DNA from: Lytechinus pictus
Lineage: Eukaryota
Reading direction: 5' to 3'
Assembly (NCBI RefSeq): GCF_037042905.1
Contig: NC_087245.1
Span: forward strand, 16,804,001-16,868,000
Length of the DNA: 64,000 nucleotides
Shown: in pieces, positions 1 to 12,300 of the stretch
Layout of the letters: each line of letters begins with the position of its first letter
How positions within the stretch are numbered: the stretch's first letter is position 1
Program-made: the position numbers and the translations under genes
The notes under the pieces: generated by a model
What the model was told of the DNA's origin: nothing
The model's input: only the letters and a program-made list of their open reading frames with translations
Database searches by the model: none

Positions 1-425
1 GTACGCCCTATACACTAGTAATACAAATATGTCAGTGTCATCACTGAAGAGCATATGATACAACAGTGACATCAACTTCCTCATGTTCATAGAGGTAATC
101 GTTCTGACTGTTCGTGGTTGTTTGATCTCCATAGTCAAACGTTGAGAGGAGAGCAGAGAGTTGTCTCTTGTTCTTATTCTTCATGACCGTTTCTCGGCAA
201 GGCGGATCTGTCTGAGTGAGGTTGTAATCAGTGGATCCTGCACCACCACGCTGAATTCTTTCCTGGTCCTTTGGGGAAAGCTCTTCATACTGTAGTTGTC
301 AAACACAAGCACTTTTTGGGAGTCACTGTACTTTTCAAGTCTCCTCCTCATGGATGCTGCCAGAACAGAAACATTACCACTTACGGGCCATACGAGATGG
401 TATAGGAGGTGATGGTTCACTCTGA
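1..425 (-). pseudogene. Degenerate XPG/PIN-like nuclease fragment, probably an AcademX-type DNA transposon relic, in an ACAD11 intron; continues beyond the window start
   Basis: Joining minus-strand frames across two frameshifts gives LLYHLVWPVSGNV..RL..Y..VLVFDNY / SPKDQERIQRGGAGSTDYNLT..MKNKNKRQLSALL..HEEVDVTVVSY / SDDTDIFVLLVY. These match the VFD, HEEAD and DTD acidic motifs of FEN1/XPG-fold nucleases. Confidence 0.6.
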
Positions 426-1487
426 GATACACTTAATGGAGTACGGCGGGGTATTAATCACCTTCAGTAATAGTTCTAGATAAACTTGTTTTTGAGACAG
501 AGGATTGTGTTTTGTTTCCAACTGTATGTTTGTTTCGTGCTTGTTAATTATGTTTTTTACTCATATCATCCTCATCTGGTAATTCATTTCATCTTATATT
601 TAGGTTCCATGCACACAAATAACATGGCCATTGTCCATGGGTGGTGGAGCAGAGGATTATCTGCCGCCCATGCCATTGTCAATCATAATGCCCTTTTCGT
701 AAATACTATTATATATCTCTATATAACTCTATATATGTCCACTTTGATTAGTTCATGACACATGTCAATGTCGAAGAACCTAAATTATCCAGATATTAGA
801 TTTAAACATTTTAACTGAATTATATCTTGAAAAGCCACCCCATGATATAGATTAAATTATGTTAATTAGATATGGAAATGAGAAGAATGTGATGTACTCA
901 CATCAAAGTACTTGTTCCAAGAGATGAACACCTCATCAGGATGTACATGTAGAAAAGTATGACAGTTTGATATCACAGGGTTATTTTTAAAGACTTCCTT
1001 TTTTTAGGTTGATGATTGATATTTGAAAATATGCTTATCAGGTTCATTTGAATAATGAAATATCTATAATATCAACTTAATTTACATATTAAAATGATAA
1101 TGAGCCTTAAAACTTATTTTCACATATTGTGGACTACACTCATTATGTTCTGTCACCAATATTTTCAGACTTGTTTATATAGATACAATTCATGAGCAAT
1201 ATGCTTATTATCTCATTGTGTTTTTTTATGCTAATTACATCAAATACATTCCTCCCATGGTTACCAAGGTGGCAACCAAGCTAAAACTACTTCAAACCCT
1301 ATCTAGAACACAAATCAACCCCAAAAACCGTGTACCTACCAACTTTTCCGGGTCATGTACATGGCTTATGGGGCTGTCTACTGGACTGAGGATGAAAAAT
1401 GTTTTGTCAAGTTTTCAAAGTAACTTCCTTGTACTTCTTGAATGACTGGCTTTAATTATAGCATATGTATCTCTCTTTGGCTATCAG

Positions 1488-1556
1488 ATGCACCCCATGG
1501 ACATTTTGAAGTGAGATTTGACAATGTTAGAGTGCCTGCCTCCAACATCATTTTAG
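1488..1556 (+). CDS. ACAD11: ACAD11-like acyl-CoA dehydrogenase, internal exon (DAPHGHFEVRFDNVRVPASNIIL); earlier exons lie outside the window
   Basis: cag acceptor ends at 1487 and gtaag donor starts at 1557. The peptide matches the ACAD10/11 family and the phase joins the next exon. Confidence 0.88.
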
Positions 1557-1966
1557 GTAAGAAAATGATTTTGTCTTGTTCTTTTTCTTCACCAACCTAT
1601 TGTACTTGTATGTCAATGTATAACACAGAAAATATTTTTTCTGTTTTCTTTTGGTAAAGAATATTTTGTAATGTATGGCCCAGGATGACATGTGTTGATA
1701 TGGTGTGATGTAGCATTTGAAAGTGAGAATGTAGTTAAGTCTGCATAAGTCAAGTTCAAGCCTCCTTCAGTAATAAAAGTAAAAATCACCTGAAATGAAA
1801 TATAAAGCAGTTATTCATATAAGATCATGCAAAACATGTTACTTAATTCTTTTTGCAGGATAGTGCGAGGTCTGGAATTATCTAGAATTTAGATCAAATA
1901 TGGCATTTGGGGCAACTCATTAACATGGGGGGGTTGTATAAAACAAACAATGCATGTGTTCTTGTG

Positions 1967-2157
1967 CATAGAGGACCTAAATAAAGAACTCTGTGCTCAA
2001 CTCGCCAAATGGATATACCGCACTCGGTCCTGCGGACCTCGATGCGGTATATCTATTGGCTCTTCTTTGCACATCGTTCATTATTTTGCCCTGCATGCAC
2101 GCGCTTACGTGCATTATTTGTGTATTATTCAACTGTAAGAGTCAACAGGTTTCTATG
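1967..2157. mobile_element. Small non-autonomous element with imperfect CATAGA-type ends and a central hairpin
   Basis: Ends are catagaggacct and aggtttctatg. Internal hairpin gatataccgca...tgcggtatatc at ~2012-2053. No TSD seen. Confidence 0.35.
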
Positions 2158-2239
2158 GGCCCATGAGATCAATGTCAATATATGGCAGCTTCACCTACAT
2201 AATTCATGTTTGATCTCCATTTCTTTTCTGAATATGTAG

Positions 2240-2394
2240 GTGAAGGAAGAGGATTTGAGATTGCTCAGGGTAGATTAGGACCAGGGAGAATACACCATTG
2301 CATGAGATTACTAGGTATGGCTGAGAGGTCGCTAGAGCTCATGTGCAAGAGAGCAGAGGAGAGGGTAGCGTTTGGAAGGAAACTCAACAGAATG
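2240..2394 (+). CDS. ACAD11: ACAD11-like exon ([52 protein letters not shown])
   Basis: tag acceptor and gtaaga donor; carries the diagnostic [13 protein letters not shown] motif of ACAD10/11. Confidence 0.95.
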
Positions 2395-3278
2395 GTAAGA
2401 TATTACTGCAAAAATGGTTAAGAAATGAAATAAAGTTTCCTGTAATAGAGCAAAGTTTACACGTAAATTATGTCACTTATTCTGACGTCAGAGCTTATGT
2501 GCAAGAGAGCAGAGAAGAGGATAACATTTGGATGGAAATGAAACTATTAAAGATTTCCTGTAAACGAGCAACATTTAGCTGTCATTTCACTGTCAGAGCT
2601 TAGTTGGAATTACAAAGTTACAAATAGTTTTGATTGACCCAGTAAATCTTAATAATGAAAAGCAAGTGGCCCTATTGTCTATGTCCATTCAAAGTGTTTT
2701 CTAAGTAGTGATAATGTGTACATTTCTTTTAAAAGAATTATGCCATTGCAGGTTTCCATTGTTGAGATTGATCAGACATGTACATGTAAACATTTGTAAG
2801 ACGGGGGCCCCCGATGTGTTAGAGAGCCAAAAAGGGATAGAATTTTGGTGGAAACTCGCTAGAATGATGAGATACTATGGTAGAATAGATGAGAAATAAG
2901 CTAAAATATTACCTAAGTGAGGCAATTTGGAGACAAGACATAAAGAGGGAGTCTTGTGTGTGGGTAGAGTTCAAGAAGCCAGTCACATATGAGCCAATGC
3001 AGTTTCCATTTATATGTGAAGTGCTGCGCACATAGCATTAGGACCTTCCTGCCTAAGTTTCTGTAGGTTGAGAATAAAGGGATGATTATTATGTGATTGA
3101 TCATCTGAATTTTTTTGTTATAAAGGGAAAGTGAGTGGGATAACAGTTGATTTCTTAAATAGGTGTTTGTATATGTCAGGAAAATACATGACAATTATTC
3201 ATTATTTTATCAATTTATCCTTTCAGTTATCACTACTAAATTTCATCTCTAAATCATGACTTTGTTTTGTGTTTTCAG

Positions 3279-3395
3279 CAAGTGGTTCAGCACCAGATTG
3301 CAGAAAGTCGTATTGAGATAGACATGGCTAGACTGCTGGTCTTGAAGGCAGCTAATATGCATGACAAATATGGATCCAAGAAAGCAAGAAAAGAG
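3279..3395 (+). CDS. ACAD11: ACAD11-like exon (QVVQHQIAESRIEIDMARLLVLKAANMHDKYGSKKARKE)
   Basis: tttcag acceptor and gtgag donor; 117 nt, phase 0/0. Confidence 0.93.
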
Positions 3396-3954
3396 GTGAG
3401 TGTCATTGGCAGCATTGGGGATGAGAATGTCCCTCCTTTGAATTCCAAATTTTGTACAGCAGATTGTGGGAGAGGGTTGGCTCGTTCCCTCCTCCAAAGA
3501 AATCACTGTCAATGGTCAGTATAATTGTAGTGCTGGAGAAAACACTAGAACATTTATCCAGGATTGGTTATGAGTTGAAGGATACACTCAATTTTGAAGA
3601 AAAAATATTTTCAATTTACAAGCAGGGTTTGTCTTGCCATTTTAAATATGGAAGCAGAAGTCAAAATGCGCTCGTGCCGTTAGGATGGATAGTCAAACTG
3701 AAGCTAATGCATTGTTAACCAATAGAATACTGCTTTGTACAATATCATTCAGCTTTGCATAAGGACCTCCTAGTTTTGGTACGCAGAAAGTTAATTTATC
3801 TTATAAACTAAGCTTTAGTAAGGAGTCCTTTTGAACAAAATGTGTGTTGCTTATGACATCCTCTTTTCCTTATGATCTTTCGCAACTTGATGGAATATAG
3901 CAACTATGCTATACCATATCCTTTTCTAAAGCCATTTAATAACTATACTTGCTT

Positions 3955-4165
3955 ATATGCTCTATAGCATTGCAGCATAATTACCCAGAATTTAGCAGAG
4001 TAGCTTTTACCTGACAGGAATAAATTTTAATTATATTCTTTATTCTTGATATTATTTTACCTGACGGGAATAACTTCCTGTTAGGTACCCTTTTACCTCA
4101 CCAGGGTTGAGTGCAGCACAATGCAGATCGATTTCTTGCTGAAGGAAGTCATGTCATGGCTGATT
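3955..4165 (-). mobile_element. Degenerate SINE fragment
   Basis: Reverse complement reads cactcaaccctggtgaggtaaaagggtacctaacaggaagttattcc. This core is related to the tgggtacccggtaggaaggaattcc tail inserted at 48079-48190. Confidence 0.45.
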
Positions 4166-4672
4166 CAATTAATGAATTTGCATAATAATAATGTAGAACT
4201 AATTACAGAGCAAGTGAGAGTGATGGATTTGTTCTTGATTTCTTGATACATTTTATGCTAATCCTGCGTTTGGTGGAGCATGCTGGGCTCAATAAAGAGA
4301 GCCCCAGGAATGAGAGACTGAGTTTGATCCAATAGCCAAGTCAATCCAAAGACATTTTATAGCCATGTGCCCAGACTTTCAGAATGGAGAAGAACAAAAG
4401 AAGAAAAGCTTTAAAAGTTGAAGTGGCTACCAGTGGTAAATGATTCATTATTATTATCACTATTATTATGATTTTGATTATTACTGTTATTATTGTTATT
4501 ATTGATATTATTACTATATCAGTATCACTATTTTCTTCTCTAAAGATATCAGGGTAGGGTAGATTAGAAGGGTTTCAGGTTAGATATCATAATACTGTGT
4601 GAAAAAAAAACTGTTAAGTACATCATATCAGTTCAAATGAATATCCACTCAATTCTGCATGTGTCATTTCAG

Positions 4673-4891
4673 ATTGCCATGATCAAGATCGTTGTACCTC
4701 GAATGGCATGCCAGGTTATAGACAGGGCCATCCAGGTTCACGGCGGTGGCGGTGTTTGCGATGATTTCCCTCTAGCAAGGTATTATACCGGGGCTCGGTC
4801 TCTGCGTATTGCCGATGGTCCTGATGAGGTTCACCTCTCCTCAGTGGCCAAGATGGAGCTCAAGGAACAATTCCAGAAGTCAATGCTTTGA
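4673..4891 (+). CDS. ACAD11: ACAD11-like last coding exon ([28 protein letters not shown]...[29 protein letters not shown])
   Basis: tttcag acceptor; ADGPDEVH motif. EVHLS and the extended C-terminus resemble ACAD11 more than ACAD10. TGA at 4889-4891. Confidence 0.93.
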   Translation: MAMIKIVVPRMACQVIDRAIQVHGGGGVCDDFPLARYYTGARSLRIADGPDEVHLSSVAKMELKEQFQKSML

Positions 4892-4937
4892 ACAGAAGCA
4901 GTATCTGCTGAGATGAATGAGAGCTGTTGCGTTCCAG

Positions 4938-5905
4938 GGCCCCATTCCATATAAGTTACAATTATGATAACTTTGCCATCCAATGGTAACTTTCATGGAA
5001 TCCTCGATTTTGATTGGCTGTTGATCACTGTTTCCATTGGATGGCAAAGTTACCATTATGATAACTTTGCCATCCAATGGTAACTTTCATGGAATCCTCG
5101 ATTTTGATTGGCTGTTGCTCACTGTTTCCATTGGATGGCAAAGTTACCATAATGGTAACTTTGCCATCCAATGGTTACTTTTATGGAATCCTTGATTTTG
5201 ATTGGCTTATCATCATCATTTCCATTGGATGGCAAAGTTACTGTTAGGGTAACTTTGCCATCCAATGGTGACTTTCATGGAATCCTTGATTTTGATTGGC
5301 TGTTGATCATCATTTCCATTGGATGGCAAAGTTACCATTATGGTAACTTTGCCATCCAATGGTAACTTTCATGGAATCCTTGATTTTGATTGACTGTTGA
5401 TCATCGCTTCCATTGGATAGCAAATTTACCATTATGGTAACTTTGCCATCCAATGGTAACTTTCACGGAATCCTTGATTTTGATTGGCTTATGATCATCA
5501 TTTTCATTGGATGGCAAAGTTACCGTTATGGTAACTTTGCCATCCAATGGTAACTTTCACGGAATCCTTGATTTTGATTGGCTTATGATCATCATTTTCA
5601 TTGGATGGCAAAGTTACCGTTATGGTAACTTTGCCATCCAATGGTAACTTTCATGGAATCCTTGATTTTGATTGGCTGTTGATCATCGTTAACAATGGAT
5701 GGCAAAGTTACCATTATGGTAATATTCATGAAATCCTTGATTTTGATTGACTGTTGATCATCGTTTTGGATGGCAAAGTTACCATTATGGTAACTTTGCC
5801 ATCCAATGGTAACTTTCACGGAATCCTTGATTTTAATTGGCTGTTGATCAGCGTTACCATTGGATGGAAAAGTTACCATAATGGTAACTTTTATGCAACG
5901 GGGCC
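4938..5905. mobile_element. MITE (Harbinger-like, CAG TSD) whose interior is ~10 tandem 94-bp palindromic units
   Basis: TIRs ggccccattccatataagttac and gtaacttttatgcaacggggcc, flanked by cag at 4935-4937 and 5906-5908. Each unit is a 47-bp palindrome (ccattggatggcaaagttaccat-t-atggtaactttgccatccaatgg) plus a 47-bp spacer. Confidence 0.85.
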
Positions 5906-7672
5906 CAGAGCAGGATTTTGATTAAAGTATTATTATCCATATCTGCACTTGATTTATAATGTACTATATTAATCTGGGTGATTCATGGCTGTAAACTGCT
6001 TCTGGAAAAATAAGATTGACTGGACAGGATCATGATAAAGCATGTGCTGATAAATCATTAAATATAAATAGTAAATTAGGAATCCCATACATGTACTTGC
6101 ATTTTGAATATCCAAGATCTTGGGAGAAAACCCAATATTTTACAAAATTTGACTCGCTTTGTTAAAAAAGAAGTTTTGCACCCGATGAAAAATTAGAAAT
6201 CTTGCCAAGATATGAATTAACTGCTCAACGCTACTGTGTTAAAATTCAATAAGTAACAAAATATTTTTTTATGTTGTGAATTCAATTCCATGCATATTAT
6301 TATTAATGAACCACAATTATATGTAGGCCTATATAGTTCAACATTGAGTACTTTAATGATAAATTCAAGAAAATGATTTAAATACATCTACGTCAGTCAG
6401 TTCATTCACCCCCCCCCCCCATGTACTTGTATAATTCATTTTTATATACATTCCCTTGTGACATAATTTGCTCACCGTTCCATACATGTGTGTCATCTAG
6501 AACAACTCTGAGTAAACACACATGATAATGTGACATTCGCAGCCATAAAGCGCTTAGAGAACTTTTTATGATAAGAGCCATATTAATATTGGAAATTATT
6601 AAACAAAATTTTAAAGAATGCTTTCATCTTACAATATATCAACTGTAGTTCAGGGCCTGAACTCATTTAACTCAAACCAAATTCGTTCTTGTTGTAATTA
6701 TTGTTCTATACCCTTATACAATATATTTCTTAATAATCTCTTATTCTTGTGTGTTGGCTTTTGTATCATCTTTAAGCACCATAAAAGCTAAAAGGGGAAA
6801 CATGTGGGCTACAAAAAAACAACTCTGATTTCAACTATTATCAAATCATCGCTTTTAGGAGAATCTAGAACGTTGCTCCAATTCTGATTTTGTATTACAC
6901 GATTCGTATGTTTTATATTTTGATTGTTGAATCAAGAGACTGATATAATTTGTATTCTTCTTTATGTTTGGTTCATGAAACTTCTGGCCCAAAAATGTGG
7001 ATGCAATATGCAGCTTGTATTTTGTGTTGTTGGGAATGGCTTTGAGGCTATGGGCCAAAATATGGGTGAGACACAATTTTCATGCACTGAAGCATTTATT
7101 TCTTACACTGATCCCAAAGCACCCATGTTTATGCCAAATTTAATCTATATATAATGTTAGTGGTGCAAAAATTAAAAGAAAAGATGAAAAAGCAAGATTT
7201 CATGCTTAACAAAGCTGCCTTAAAGGATTTTAATAGCTTGAACAAGAATCAGGGACTATATCATACGACTGTAAAAATGATTGCAAAGCAATATATTATG
7301 TGTATATTTTAGTATTTCATATGATAAAATGTATAAATCCATAAAAACTGAGCTGTTAATCAAGAAAATATAAATGATTCTATATTTTTATCGAATTTGA
7401 AAATGTAGATTTTGTTCTTTAATTTATGATGTGATGTATTTGTGCGTGAGGGAATAGGATGACACATAGAAAGGAGGAGAGACAGACAGACAGAGGGAGA
7501 GAGAGAGGGGGGGGGGGTAAGATAGAGAGGGAGGATGAGAGGAAGCCAAATATAGGATAAAAGATAGCTGATTTAGAGACGGGAAAAGGAGAAGAAAAAC
7601 GAGATAGAGGAAGCCGCGGGACAAAAGACAAAATGTGGAAAAGTAAAAGCTAGAGTAGAATCTCCATGAGCC

Positions 7673-7962
7673 GACATTATTCTTGGTGTTGATGATCGAG
7701 AGAAATAAAGGGAGAGATAAAGTCCAAAGCAAAGTGCACATGAAATTATTCTGGAAGTAGGTCTGATTTGGGCCTATATCGTGTATAAAGTTATGCAGGC
7801 CGAACACGTTAAACATTATTCATGGTGTTGATGGTCGAGTGAAATAAAGGGAGAGAGACAATGTTCAAAGCAAACTGCACATTAAATTATTCTTGAAGTA
7901 GGTCCGATTTGGGCCTATATCATTATCGTGTATTAAGTTATGCAGGCGGAACACGTTAAACC
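7673..7962. repeat. Two-copy tandem duplication of about 140 bp
   Basis: ggtgttgatg..gaaataaagggagaga..aagtaggtc..gatttgggcctatatc..gttatgcaggc..aacacgttaaac occurs twice in succession. Confidence 0.85.
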
Positions 7963-8654
7963 TGATTACGGCCCACACACTTGGTCAGTAATCATATATA
8001 TACCGCCTGCTGTAGCAGATAATATACTTTCACTTTGTTAACGAGATTAATTTCGCGGCATATAGAAATACCAAAAATGATGCTAATAATATGATCACAC
8101 TTAGCAATTTGCTACATGTATATAACGATCAGTAGTATGGGTGATAACTGCAAAAATGCAAGTTAAATGAATGGCTTTAAATTTTTCTCTTGTGTACGTT
8201 CAGCTTGAATATCGATAAAGAAAGAATGAGAAGTAATAAAGTAATCATCCCTCAGTGAAAATTATAAGAAAAACGATTAAGAATAATGATAGGTCTATAG
8301 TTCAGATCGGCATGAATATGCAATAAAGGATAAAAATATATATATATATTAAAATACCGATCCGTAATTGGCAAGAACATTGAAGTTTTCTGAATTAAAC
8401 ATCACTACAGCATTGTGACGGGGGCAAGGACAAACACCCCTATGATTTTCAAGTGACGAACAAATTAAGGACGGTCTGGATAAAAGAAATATCCAAAGAA
8501 AATAATTGGAACCACGATAAGCATATTTCCGTTTCGTTTTTTTTTATTCATGAAAAAATCAGTCTTGCTATTTAGGTTATTCTGAATCTATATCAGATGC
8601 ACTCTGGCGCAGCTCTATAACTCACAGCTGAAGTGAGGCCTGTGCAGGCATTAA

Positions 8655-9290
8655 CCCTACAAATAGTGGAAGGTGCAGCACCCCTTGCATTTGTCTGCGA
8701 TAACTTCGCGACAAAATAAGTTCCGCCGAGACTTGCTTACTCCCACCCCCTCCCCCACATCTCGCCGTTCCGAAATTACGCAACATTTCTGTATGTCAGA
8801 AAAACATGAATTCATATTAACACATCTAATAAGGCAAATTGTGTTTTTAGCCAAAATTCATAAATGTATCATTATTTTTATTTTAACTGATTAAAATCAA
8901 TTAACTTTATTTTGATTATGGTCAAAATAAAGTCAACGACGATTACCATGCATCGAAAAAAAAAGTCGAAAACAGAGAAATACATAAGAAATTAAAAAAA
9001 CAATAAAATCCATCGGAAAAAGAAGTGATGTTGATTTTTTTTAAAGTAAATATTACTAGAATCCTTTAAAGAGTCTTTGAATAAAAAGAAAAACAGTTTG
9101 AGTCCTTATTTAGTTAGAGCACCCTTTTTTTTATATTACGCGTAAATTAGCGTGGTTTTTCGAAGAATCTTTTTTTATTTCAATGCGTGTGCCAATTTTC
9201 GTTGCGCTCGCGCGGTCGAAAGCCGAGATTACATAAGGGAGGGGGGGGGGCTAAAGTAGCCCCTCCCCGTCTTCTTTGGTCTTTTTAGGG
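8655..9290. mobile_element. piggyBac-like non-autonomous element
   Basis: ttaa|ccct at 8651-8658 and aggg|ttaa at 9287-9294. TIRs are imperfect beyond the terminal bases. Confidence 0.5.
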
Positions 9291-9387
9291 TTAAGCAGTT
9301 TAAGCACATGACGAAATATGCATATCAAAGTCCTGAAACTATATGTATACATACATTGCAAAATCTAAACACACTGATTTAAGATAA

Positions 9388-10430
9388 CCCCCCATCGGCT
9401 GGCAAAAAAAAAAAACGGGGAAAAGAAAAAAAAGAGGGAGAAAGGAAGAGAAACGTAGTGGGAAAGAAGAAATTATTATTCATTATAATGTTATATCATA
9501 ATTATGTTATGTTATATCACATAAGAATTTTTTTCATAACTTTATGAAACATAATTTGCTCAGGGCTTGTGTCTTCATTGTTCCTGGTGCTCGCATTGTC
9601 TGTTTAAAATGTTTAACGAGATATATAATCCTGTTGTACTAAAACTTCCCGTTTTTAAGTCAATATACACCAAATATATTTCCTCGCACTTCGAGTTGTT
9701 ATTGTTTTATGTAATGACATATGCTTCTTTTTCATGACTACTTAAAGTGATTACCCTATTCTTAACAGTCTTAATATATAATATTTCCTGTCCGTGCTCA
9801 CATTCGCATTAGTGGATTGGTGAGATATGTCTGGTCTTCATGAATTCCTAAAATCAGTCCTTAAAATGTCCCGTTTTCTGATCTGAATATCAAAAATTTT
9901 CAGCTCCATCATTTGGTTAGTGAAATACGTATGATCTAAGTGAAATTCTTAAAAACAAGCCTTATAGAATGTCCCTCTTCAGGTCTGAATTTCCTAAATT
10001 TTCAGCTCGCGCTTTGCGCTCGCAATATTTGATTAGTGAGATGCGTATGATAATCATGATAGCAATGACTACAAAAAGTAAGTCATGTGTTTAGATGTAA
10101 TTCTAACATATCTTGCAATTTTCTTTTACTGATATTTCTATTGTTTAAAGCATTTGACCGCCCATGCATGACTGTTAACATTAAAATGTCATATCATACT
10201 GGAAGAGCAATATTGTCTGGTCATGTTGACATACAATAATTTGCCTTTAATCAAATATCTATATGAAATATTTTAAGTTTTCTAAGTGTCCAATAACTTT
10301 TTATGCCGAGTGTATATACAAACATTTCAGCTTGCGCTACGCGCTCCCATCATTTGGTTAGTGAAATACGTATGGTCTTAGTGATTTCCGACAAACAAGC
10401 CTTAAATGCCCCTCTTCGGGTTTGAATTTC
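9388..10430 (+). mobile_element. Truncated copy of the hAT-like MITE family found intact at 46523-47696
   Basis: Colinear similarity: ccccccatcggctg..aaaacggggaaaag..gtagtgggaaagaagaaa.., with repeated cagctcgcgctttgcgctcgca motifs. Confidence 0.8.
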
Positions 10431-12069
10431 CTACATGTTATTATTATCAACATTTTGACACACTGCCGATTATCTTCCATCAGACAAAAAATGAAGATGA
10501 GATTTGTTTTTAAAAATTATTTCGATCGTTCATTATTAGTTGAATAATAAACATTTGCACGAGGTTTGCGACATACTTACTGTTAAATTAAGTTGTATGA
10601 TTGATTGCATATTTGATAATTGAATACTCTGATGCGACCAATTCGAATGCTCCGCGATTTATGCCACCGTCAAAAATGTGACGAGTTGTTATAGTAAAAA
10701 CAAGACATTGAAATATCCGCCAAATGTCTGTCTGATATTTTAAATGAACAAGAGGAAAATTGTGACCAGGAATGGTCAAATTAAAAAGAGATAAACACCC
10801 TCTGTTCTTAAAAAGAATGGCTAATATTTCACCTTAGAAACACTTCGTTTTGTTTGAAAACTATTGGACCCCTTCTCCCGATAAAAAGGAGACAAAATGA
10901 AAGTGGGGGTTCATGGTCATTTCATCTAAAAAAAAGAAGTTATTTGACACATCTGAGAGATTAAAAATCTTTCCAATTTTAGTCACACTGATTTCATTCA
11001 CATCAATCCCTTCACCCCAGACTGCATGTATTTAAAATTTGTTATTAAAGAAAATATCTGGAGGTCAAGTTTGGGTCAGCATATACTTAATATGGCACCG
11101 CCTGTGAGAGGGAAATATTGTGAGTATTATGGTTGCAATCAAACTAGATGATTAGTTATGAGATGGGACATAAAGTAGGAAGTCAGATATACCTCTTGCT
11201 GTGTGATATATTAAGGAGAAACAGCGAGAGAGAAGGAAAGATAGAAAGAGTCAGAAAAGGGAATTCTGGGTGATTGAGGAGTGAAAGGGATGGGGAGAGG
11301 AACGCTTGGAAATTAGTTTTGTACAGAGAAATGGAATAAAATGAAAGTCAAATATATAGTTAGTTAAGAAAAAAATGCTCTCACACAAAGAAAGCCCCCA
11401 CATCTTTAAAAAAATCTTTTTGAACCTTGAAGTTGGATATACGTTGAGTCGACCGGGAACCTTTTTGGGAGGGGGGTGTGGTGGCCTTAGAGCATTCGCC
11501 TTGTATTGCCTATCTAGAGAAAAGGTCTAAGATTGATTAAACTACTTAATAATGATTAATGATAAAAACCCCTTTCAGAACATTGCTGGAAGAGGTCTTT
11601 AGTACTAGTACCTACTGAAGTGCAACTGTGACGTTTTGCTATCGATTGACACGGCTTCACGCTGGCATTGGCATAGAACGTGGTGTCCTGTTGCCTCGAG
11701 GGGCAAGGCAGCCGTCCTGAATCAGCCCGGGTGGAGACGGCTGGGACTGCTGCTGAGATCCGCCTCGTACCCTTGAGCGGGTCGTCGCGTGAAGGGATGG
11801 AAGTATAGAAGAAAGATGCGAAAATTGAAATTGTTGCGCATGAAATTTATCGACAAAAATGACATGATGAAATATGGGGCCAAATTAGGGGAAAATCAAT
11901 TTCAAACCTCTATGTTTGGTATTGTTTTCAATTGATTGCTCATTTTCTTTTGTATATATTCTTCTAAGACAGTACTGTATTGCATTATGATCTATCACCA
12001 AAAATCCTGCCACATAAAAAAATTAATGGTTTTATGTCTTTGAAAAAACTCTATATTTTCACTGGGATT

Positions 12070-12300
12070 ATCAATAGAAGATGTAGAAGAAGATGGAGAA
12101 GAAGAAGAGGAGGAAGAAGAAGAAGAAGATGAGGAAAAAGAAGAAGAGGTGGAGGAGGAAGAAGAAGGAGAAATAGAATTAAAAAAGAAAGGAAAAGTAG
12201 AATAAGAAAAGAAAGGAAAAGTAGAAGATAACAAAATAGAGAGGGGAATGAGAAGAAGGAAGACAGAAAGAAGTGGAAGGACATGAAAGAAGAAGAGAGA
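12070..12300. repeat. Polypurine (GAA/GAG-rich) low-complexity tract
   Basis: About 230 nt that are mostly A/G on the + strand. Confidence 0.85.

Noticed and set aside
4818..4845. ctgatgag hammerhead-like core
   Set aside because: It lies in ACAD coding sequence (GPDEV) and has no stem II or GAAA partner.
4938..5905. CRISPR-like repeat/spacer appearance, and ORFs 4880-5077, 5171-5365 and 5598-5879
   Set aside because: The spacers are near-identical to each other, there are no cas genes and the context is eukaryotic. The ORFs are translations of the repeat.
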